From Lobosporangium transversale (Eukaryota), in the NCBI RefSeq assembly GCF_002105155.1, contig NW_019029006.1, positions 186,001 through 250,000 on the forward strand: a stretch of DNA of 64,000 bases, in the 5' to 3' direction. The number at the start of each line of letters is the position of its first letter. Positions within the stretch are counted from its first letter, which is position 1. Under the pieces are notes generated by a model. That model ran no database searches, had not been told where the DNA came from, and saw only the letters and a list, made by a program, of their open reading frames with translations. Both the position numbers and the translations under genes were made by a program. Positions 55,473 through 64,000 of this stretch are shown here, one piece after another.

Positions 55473-56143
55473 ATATTGTTTTTTGTATCTTTCGTTCTGT
55501 TATTACATCTCTTTATTTTACATCTATCTAGTCATCTCTCCTTTAGTATTTGTTATATTTCTTTATGTCTTACTATATTGTCTAAATACAGACGGACAAA
55601 TATACGATCGCTGAAAACTGTCAAGAGGCAAAATCATTGTCTTTCTTTTCGTCTAACCAAACCGGGGCACGATTTCTTCTCAAAAATTATGGCGTTTTTT
55701 TTTTTTTTTTTTTTTTTTTTTAATCGTGGGAAGGATGACGATGCCAGAGCTATAACACTCGGCGGATTTTTAGTCTTTACGTAATATTCCATAAAATTTG
55801 ATTCAATCATTGATTATATTCTATTCCTTGTCACTAAAAAAAGTCATAGATGTGTAGGTGCGAGGGGTATGATTCACCTAGGCGAACGCGAACGCGTTCT
55901 TTCCTTGATCTGATATCTACCAAAAAAAAAAAGCGTTTCAATACTTTCATAGATGTTAATATAGAATCCCAGTTGTTGATTAAGTTAGTTTTAATGATTT
56001 TTAGTAATAAACCTTACAGGTCGGGCGTTATTAAAAAAAAGCCACCTACACTGTGTTAACTCCTTTTTTGAAGGATGGACGTTAGTGGAATTATTCCCGC
56101 ACATCAACATTTATATTCATACACTTACATCAGATCAGGATCA

Positions 56144-56244
56144 ATGTCAGGATTAATAGGATTCGTTCGCCGCTCAATCAACGCTCTCGGAGCAGAGACC
56201 GCCAAGGGTATGGTCATCTTACATGGTCTACCTATTCCGTATTC

Positions 56245-56278
<34 letters not shown>

Positions 56279-57304
56279 CTTTCTTTTCATTTATATGGAT
56301 ATGTGTATTTTTTTTTTATGCCAACAAGACTTACTTAGCATATTGCTTATATTATATGTTCTATTTTCCTCTGAAGTCATCAAAATGGAGCACTCGCCCT
56401 GGAAGCGTGAAATGGTATTAGCATCTTTAAAAACGCCAGAAGATTTAAAAGGCTGGTTAGTAGGCTGCGATAAAGACATTGGAGGCTTCTCGGAGGCCCA
56501 CCTGGAGATCACAAAAAATAACACAGGTATATTTGTGTTTTCCTAAGAATTTCAAGCTTTTACTGTCATATTCTATCTAGTAGAGTACAATTATTTTTTA
56601 ATTTTCTGGATCTCTATTAGGTCGTTTTTATGGCCATTTATCACTGGACCTCCCCGAGAATGAGGGAATTGAAAAGAGTGGATATGCAGGAATCCGGACA
56701 AAGGTAAAGGAGCAATATAAACAGTTTCCGAAGACAGGAGAATTAAGACAAAAGATTATTCGTGTATCGATTTTTTTAACAATGCGGTTATTCCCATCAT
56801 CAATTAGACCAGACCATCGACTATCTTTGGCACACCAGTATGGGATACATGTTTATATGAGTATTTGTCATTAAGAGTCAAAGGAGATGAACGAAAATAC
56901 TTTGTCAATCTTCAAACAGATGGTGTTGTTCCTACAGATCTTTATCAACATCGCCTTTTCCTCAAGACTCCACGTGAGTGGGAGACTGTCTTGGTATATT
57001 CTTTTTATTTTTTTTTATTTTTTTTATGGATGTATGTATGGCGAAGAATGAATGGTTTGGTCGTCTCAATATGCATTTAATCTTTTTATTATGTAAAATA
57101 TCATAGATCCCATTCAAGGATTTTATCTTGACAAATCAAGGCTTCATCCAGGAAGAGCAAATTGAAATTTTCAGGGAGAGGGTGAAGAACGTGGGCATTT
57201 CAATCATTGACAGGCAGTCTGGACCGTTCGAGCTCGAAATTGAAAGTATCAGCGCTGTCAATCTTGGCCCAGATCCCAATGCGCGACCAGATGATGATGA
57301 TTAG
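56144..57304 (+). CDS. CIA30: Complex I intermediate-associated protein 30 (CIA30/NDUFAF1), multi-exon
   Basis: WLVGCDKDIGGFSEAHL / FYGHLSLDLP..SGYAGIRT / LSLRVKGDERKYFVNLQTDG..DLYQHRLF..WETVL / IPFKDFILTNQG..VGISIIDRQSGPFELEIESI. Confidence 0.92.
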
Positions 57305-57453
57305 CTAGGAGATATCCCAATGCATATAATACAAAAATAATTTGCGATACATAAGGTTTATTATACATGACAGGTGGAGCAATACTGGTAAAGATGTGTA
57401 TAAGAAAAGTAGAGAGACAAAAATAACGTCTAAATTTAAAAATGGAAAGGAAT

Positions 57454-59899
57454 TTACTGGCGACGCTTCTTGCCCTGGTCGCGAAGTTTTGTTGCGAGCT
57501 TATGAGGATCTTCGGGCTTGACCTTGTTACGGTTCCTGTTCTTGACGTTAGCCGTCTCATAGTAATGGGTGCCAACCTTACCCTTGTTCGTGGTCATGCG
57601 GGCCTCCTTGATAGGCTTGACATCTTCTTCGTCTTTCATTTCATTCTCCTCAATGTGCTTCCGCTTGGTACCCTTTGAAGTCTTCTTCACATCCCTGACC
57701 TCAAAGCCAGCTGGTCCTGTGGCTGCAGCTGCGGCACGCTTTAGTGCAGCACGTTTCTTGATCCTTTGCTTACGTTCTGCACCCTCATCGGAAAGCTCGA
57801 GCTCACTGTCAACATCCTCTTCATCATCTTTATCTTCCTGACCAGGGATAGTATCCACAGTCTCTCCCACAACGTTGGCGAAGACATCATCCCAATCAAG
57901 CTTCTCTCCAGAAATTGCACTGCTAGCTTTGGCTTCCACAGCCTTAGACTCCTTTTTGGTCTTCTTCTCTTGGCGAAGCTGTGCCTTACTCTTACGGGTT
58001 TTAACGGACGCACTGCTGGATCTGCCTTTCTTTCCCTCATCCTCATCCTCATCTGCTTCCTCATTGTCAGTGTTGATATCGTCCTCGTCAACCTCATCTG
58101 GGAGAATACCTTCAGGAGCACTGCTCTCCTGCTTGCTCCTCTCCTCTTCTATGAGGAATGCATTTTTAGCCAGATCATCAGGCATGAACTTTTGCATAAC
58201 AGGGATCTTTGAGAAAATCTGCTCAACCTGTGGCACTGAGGAGTCGACATAATTATGAGGGGCTGTTCCCTCTCCTGCCTCTCCTGCCTCTCCTGCAGGT
58301 TTATCACCTTCAGGAGGTGGGGTGTAGTAAGGGATCTTGCCACGGAGCCAGTCATTCAAAACCATCTTGGCAACACTACCAAGATCAGCCTCACCTCCTT
58401 TGACTAACTTTCCGGTACGCTTGGCAAGTTGAGTCAAAAAGTCCACGGAGTCTTCCCAATGATCCAGCTCATAGGTGCGCTGAATATATTCTGGACGGAC
58501 ACGATTGAGAAGCTCGGGAATATAGTCATCAGGCTGTTTGACGTTCTCAACACGAACAACTCCCTTGAGCACAATGTCTGTCTCTGTGTCTGTGGTAGAA
58601 GGGTGAACAACACCAGGGCAATCAATCAAATAAATACGTTTCATGAGAGTGATATACTGCCAGACTTTGGTCTCTCCGGGAATAGGGGCAACATTGCAAA
58701 CTTTCTTGCCGCGGAGTGTGTTGATGATGCTGGATTTTCCGGTGTTAGGGTAGCCAATGAAGCCGACCGAGATTTGCTTTTTATCTGAATGAAGAGCAGA
58801 GAATTGGCGAAGAAGCTGGATCAAGGATCCTTTTCCAAAGGAGTTGTTGATGGAGGCGTGGAAAGCTAGGGTGGGGTATTCCTTGGAAAGTGTCTTGACC
58901 CACTTCGCCTAAAAACGAGAAGTAACAAATGATAATAACGTTTAGAACAGCCTATAACATAACAAATAAACAAACAAATAAGTAGACAAAAAATAATGAT
59001 GAATATTTTGTGAAACATGGGATTTTACCGTAACCCAAGTGGGAACGAGATCGCACTTGTTGAGGACAAAAATGAGTTGTTTGTGGCGAGCTTCTTTCTT
59101 GATGTGATATTCAACATTCGAGCAGCGGGTTCCCAGAGGGTCGCGAGCATCCAAAACATGGATAACAACATCCGAAGAATCGATGACCTTGTACAACTCT
59201 CCCCAGATACGTTTGGACTGTCCTTTTTGAAAGACGCTGTCTCTTGCCTCCTCAATCCAGTCCGTGACCTTATTGGAAGTCAAATTCTTATCAGATTTCT
59301 CATCATAGTTTTCTAATGTCGATTCAACTTTAGCTGCCAAATCCTCAAGACTGCCTGAAGACAGCTTTGGGCGCTTGCGTTGGGCTTTGTTTCCAAAAGT
59401 ATCGCTAAACGGCTCTGTTTCTAATACATGCATCTTCCCCACCTGTGAATAATGCAAAAGTAGTATGAGCAAAAAGTATTTCCTAGAGGTGTCCAAACGT
59501 AACAGTGGTATTGCAATTTTCTCTTACATGAACAGGGTCCTGTAGAAGAGACATAGGAAGCTTGTGTTGTCTCAAGAGGACCTGAAAGGGGTCGTTGACT
59601 TTGGCAGCCAGATTCTCTCTAAAGCTCTCAAGAGCTTTTTGTCCAATAACTCTGGTATTCCCGAACCATTTGCGATTGGGCGCGACACGGCCAGGTTCCA
59701 CAGTCTTACTCTGAAAGGCTGCGGCTTTGATGATTTTACCCTGGGCGTTACGGATAGCTCTGCCTCCTTTCAAGAGCTGCACTTGTCTAGCAGCTTTAGC
59801 ATCTCTATAAAAATTCTCGCCTTTAACCTTGACATTACCGAGGCCATCGGAGCCGCCGGTAGCCTTGACTCTGTTCTTCTCTTTCTTCAATTGACCCAT
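57454..59899 (-). CDS. NOG2: Nucleolar GTPase Nog2 (circularly permuted GTPase), 3 exons
   Basis: [73 protein letters not shown] and IYLIDCPG. Confidence 0.97.
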
Positions 59900-60169
59900 G
59901 ATGTATTAATGTATAAATGGTAAGGGGAAAAAGGAGTAAAGAGATGAGTCGAATGAAAAGAATGAGTTGGACACTGAGCAAAAGTTTGTTTTCTTTTCTT
60001 TTTTTTTTTTGTGACTGCTCCTCAATTTATTATTGTTATTATTTTATTGGTGCGACATCTTGAGGCTTCCGATACGTCAGTGGGGTCGCTGGAGCGCCAG
60101 GCACAAAAACACGGAGCCCTTTGCGTTCGTTTCTTCTCCATCTATTCTACATTTGACTCATTCAAACAA

Positions 60170-60910
60170 ATGGCCTCCAGAATCGCTCAAGCTGCTAGGG
60201 GCATTCGCTTTGCTTCCTCTGCCTCTGTCTCCACTAATGCCTGGTTGGCGGAGCGCGCTGCTATCAAGGAGCACGCTGGTCGTACGTCCTTTCTTTTTTT
60301 TTTATTATTTGATTTTATGTAAAGGGATCGATGACATTGATGCAGAGCATGAAGCCATGAAGACTATTAAATTATTGTTTCATGGGGTCTAATGTATCGC
60401 AAAAAAAAAAAAAAAAAAAAAAAAGAATGGCATACACGTGCGCTCTAGGTTCTCTCGCCTGCAATCAATTAAAATACACGGACGCTCCCCTTTGCTTTTA
60501 TCGTGCGCTCGGACAAAATCTAGGAAGCAACATCTTACACGTCGATTCTTTATTGTTTATTGTTCATCTTTAGCTGCTGCTGAGACATGGCGCAAGATTT
60601 CCATCTACGTCTGCATCCCTGCTATCCTTGTCACCTCTGCCAATGCCTACAATCTCTGGGCTAAGCACCAGGCCCACTTGGAGCACGAGCGCCATGAAGG
60701 TCACGAGGCTGTCAAATACCCCTACATGCGTATCCGTGCCAAGGTATTCAACATTTAGAAACTGTTTTTTTTTTTTTTTGTTTTAATATCAATATACATT
60801 TCCTAATCGTTACCACCTTTAATCATTATCCTGTTCACTTTTTTCCCTATTTCTAGGCTTTCCCTTGGGGTGATGACAGTTTGTTTTTCAATCCTGCTGT
60901 TAACATGTAA
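60170..60910 (+). CDS. COX13: Cytochrome c oxidase subunit VIa, 3 exons
   Basis: Mitochondrial presequence MASRIAQAARGIRFASS, then ERAAIKEHA / AAETWRKISIYVCIP..YPYMRIRAK / AFPWGDDSLFFNPAVN. Confidence 0.94.
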
Positions 60911-62000
60911 AAAGCTATGCTATAAGCAAAGCCATTAGCTGCATTAAAATAGACATATTCTAATATATCTTATAGATGCATAGAAAAGAATAAATTTAAC
61001 ATATTATAACATCAATTTGGATGAAAGCTCTGTGCACTACCTCAACAATCTGTTCCGTTTGATGTCTGCAAGAGAGGCTTGAGTAAAGCTGTGCTCTCTT
61101 CTGAACGACGCCAAATCGTCCAAGAATCATTATCCATGCTACACAATATCATCTTTTTACTTTTATTTTTTTATTGCCTGCTTAATATCTAAGGCACTAA
61201 TAATGAGCAACATATTTTTACTAAAGAAGATCACTTATCAGTCCTCTATCGCAGATTTATTCTACGAGTTCTCCACGAGCTATCCTTTGAGATACTCCTT
61301 TCGTGATAATGACTCTCTTCACACAGTGCTTTATCCGTACTATTTCGTGCAACCAAAGGTAAATGGTATTGGAAGCACTGATGTAATTCATTACCAAGCA
61401 AGGATTAAAACATTTACCAAGTTTAAATTAGAACGAGGTGTTCAAGGTCAATGTTTTCTTTTTCATTTTCGAATATTAGTAAACATTGTTTTGAACAATG
61501 TGCTGAATGCAGTAGATCTGACGAAAAACAATGGCTACAGGGACCCCTCTGACACACACACCAAAGATTAACCCCCTTTATTTTTTGCTAGTTGTACGAT
61601 TATGCAAACTACAAATCAGTGAGTATTTTATTTATTTTGGACCTAATGCTGGAAATGCGATTCGTTACGTCTTCAACACAGCTCCATGTTCACCTTCTCC
61701 CACTTACAATCGATGCAGAAGCAATCGCATAAATGAATCCTTTCTTCCTTCTGCAACCTCAGGGGAGGGACTTTACGAGTTCTTTGCTAATTTCCCTTGT
61801 TTTGGAAATAACTTTGGACCCCAAAGGAAAACATGTATGCACTAAATAATAATGGTCCGATTCAGTTGATCGCGACACAATTCATTTTATATATTTTAGA
61901 ATAGCTAAAAAAATAAAATAAAATAAAATAAAGTATATCATGAATGAATTGTATTGTATTGTGACCAAGGAACTGGATTAATACTAATGTAACTGTTGCG

Positions 62001-62031
<31 letters not shown>

Positions 62032-62732
62032 ATTTAATTTTAATCAAAGATGTAGGAACACGCACCAGACATTATTACTTCTTACTTTCAACACCACCAC
62101 GCTATTGAGCAAGAGGGATGGATTTACTACTATTTTTTTTATAAACTATAAAATCCGTTTTCGCAACAGGCACCAAAAAAAAAAAAAAAAAAAAAAAAAA
62201 AGCAAATACGTGAAATAGGAAATTGGATGCATGCGAAACAACTTTATTTTTTACTTCCCTAACTAACACCTTGGTTTCTTTTCATGCAGAATATGCAGGA
62301 TAGTAATCATTGACAAAATAAAGAACGCGGTGTTGACAAGAGTTATTACGCAAAACGCGTTATATTTTTCATGTTTCACGGCTTTGGCCTCTATTTTCTT
62401 GAATCGATGTGGCTCAAGGCTTAGCAAATGGCTATGATCGTCATGGAAAGAAAACCACCTATGAACAAGACGTGTATTAAAAGTCAATTTGAGTATGTAT
62501 TATACAACTTTGCAGCATCCGAATGCCAAGTGGCAAATTTTCTAAAATGTAAAACGGTGCATAAACTGATACATTTTTTACCTAACGTAAAATAAAACAA
62601 GCAAACATCGTCATCAGGTAGCTTTTGGTTGTAAACCCACTTTGACGACAAGATGAATGGTTGGTCTCTGTCTTTACACGCTCTTCCCAATGTTCTTTAT
62701 TTCAACACTAGTTGACATTCTGTCTTATTCTT

Positions 62733-63899
62733 TCAGGATCTCGTACTACTCGCTGTCTGCATAGTACGCATAGTCAACAGACTACGTGTGCTCATATTAC
62801 CGCTTTTCGTTTGTCTCTTCTTGCCTTTTGAGGACGAATCCGTTGCATCTATCGCGTAGACGACCCTTCCGCCAACCCCACCACTCCCTTCTCCCCTTTT
62901 TCCACTCGAATAAGTGTGGGTTGGGATTTCGGATTCGTCCACTACAATAAAGCTCTCGCCGCTGAGTTGACTGTCTCTGTTTTGATGTGATTTGTCTGTT
63001 CTGCTGCCCATGGAGGCAGCTTGTCTACCATTAACGCTAACTCTACTCATTACAATGTCCTCAAGATCACCACTCTTAGACCAAGCACTTCTTTCTATTT
63101 GCGAGGCCTCACCGCCAGCTATGTCCTGTTGCTGTACTCGTTCCCGCTCACGATTTTCTTCCTCATATGCCTCTTCCACGTCATCATCCCATCCGAGTTC
63201 TTGCAAAATCCAGCTCAAGACTTTCATGAATCGAATATAATCCTCTTCCTCTACACCCTCCGTGCCAACATCACGAGAAATCGGAGATTGCATACCTTCG
63301 GCCGTCATCGCTGAGATAGTCGAAGGATCCTGATATGGATGACGAGGATTGACAACGGATGAAGATTGTCGATTTGATCGTACTGAGGCTTGTTGTGCAT
63401 GACGGTGATGAAGCTGTTGTTGATTATGAAGTGGTGACATGGTGACAGGAAGCGGGTCGTTCCTTACCCCTCCAAAGCGTGCTTGTTCGTATCCTGCAAT
63501 GTATTCCAGTCCAATATCCCTGGTTACTAATTTGAGATCTATAAGCATATGAATATAGGCCGAGATGGACATGTTTGGTGGACGAGCCAAATCCGGTGAT
63601 TGAGCAATGGCAGCCCGCTCTGGTATTAGCCATAGCAAAGTGTAAGAAAGAGGTATTAGCAACCACAAAATAAAATAAAAATGTTCAAAGCTACTCCATG
63701 AGATGAAATGTATGTTGTCATTTAAAAACTTACCAATGAAGTGAGGTGTACTAGCCATAAACGTCTTGAAATGTGTGCCTTGTAGTGATGATCCTGGCTT
63801 GCCCCATCCTGGTTGACCACTTTCTTCTAACAAAGGTACTGCCTTCTTGGCCAGTCGCGCCACACGATCCAATTCCGATTGCACAAACTCATATACACT
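62733..63899 (-). CDS. Last exon of an unknown protein with a hydrophobic (probably transmembrane) segment; the gene continues beyond the window
   Basis: Open frame of about 390 codons, a CAACAG acceptor at about 63900, and the hydrophobic stretch FYFILWLLIPLSYTLLWLI. Confidence 0.7.
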   Translation of the reverse strand, partial: SVYEFVQSELDRVARLAKKAVPLLEESGQPGWGKPGSSLQGTHFKTFMASTPHFIGKFLNDNIHFISWSSFEHFYFILWLLIPLSYTLLWLIPERAAIAQSPDLARPPNMSISAYIHMLIDLKLVTRDIGLEYIAGYEQARFGGVRNDPLPVTMSPLHNQQQLHHRHAQQASVRSNRQSSSVVNPRHPYQDPSTISAMTAEGMQSPISRDVGTEGVEEEDYIRFMKVLSWILQELGWDDDVEEAYEEENRERERVQQQDIAGGEASQIERSAWSKSGDLEDIVMSRVSVNGRQAASMGSRTDKSHQNRDSQLSGESFIVVDESEIPTHTYSSGKRGEGSGGVGGRVVYAIDATDSSSKGKKRQTKSGNMSTRSLLTMRTMQTASSTRS

Positions 63900-64000
63900 C
63901 TGTTGATATCCATTGTATATCATCATCAAGATAAAAAAAATTATGAGTTATCAATGACTAGCAGAACTGTTTTTCCCCATTCTGTTTTTAATTTATCTGA

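Noticed and set aside
57569..58788. Several plus-strand ORFs overlapping NOG2 (and similar ones opposite ELP1, RasGEF and the bZIP gene)
   Set aside because: These are antisense shadows of real coding exons with no independent motifs.
61203..61845. Two short ORFs between COX13 and the last gene
   Set aside because: No recognisable motif or convincing splice model; cannot be supported without a search.

Overview
Gene-dense, intron-rich fungal DNA with many long A/T homopolymers. The host is most likely Mortierellaceae, because a close homologue of the Mortierella GLELO delta-6 elongase is present. I can build about 18 protein-coding genes by hand, including ELP1, a RasGEF, CDD1, BEM1/Scd2, eIF3m, RPB7, ARD1/NAA10, a NAB-like (NCD1+NCD2) protein, GLELO, a SET protein, LSM7, an ATF-type bZIP, YPD1, CIA30, NOG2 and COX13. 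A ~12-kb gene-poor island (about 38.4-50.5 kb) holds the most interesting signal: two decayed, intron-containing minus-strand copies of a TnpB/Fanzor-like RuvC-zinc-finger nuclease gene. The longer copy (45681-42115) starts with an XPG/FEN1-like (PIN + H3TH) nuclease region and is split by a 298-bp inverted repeat whose arms look identical. All domain calls come from manual translation and motif recognition, not from database searches.
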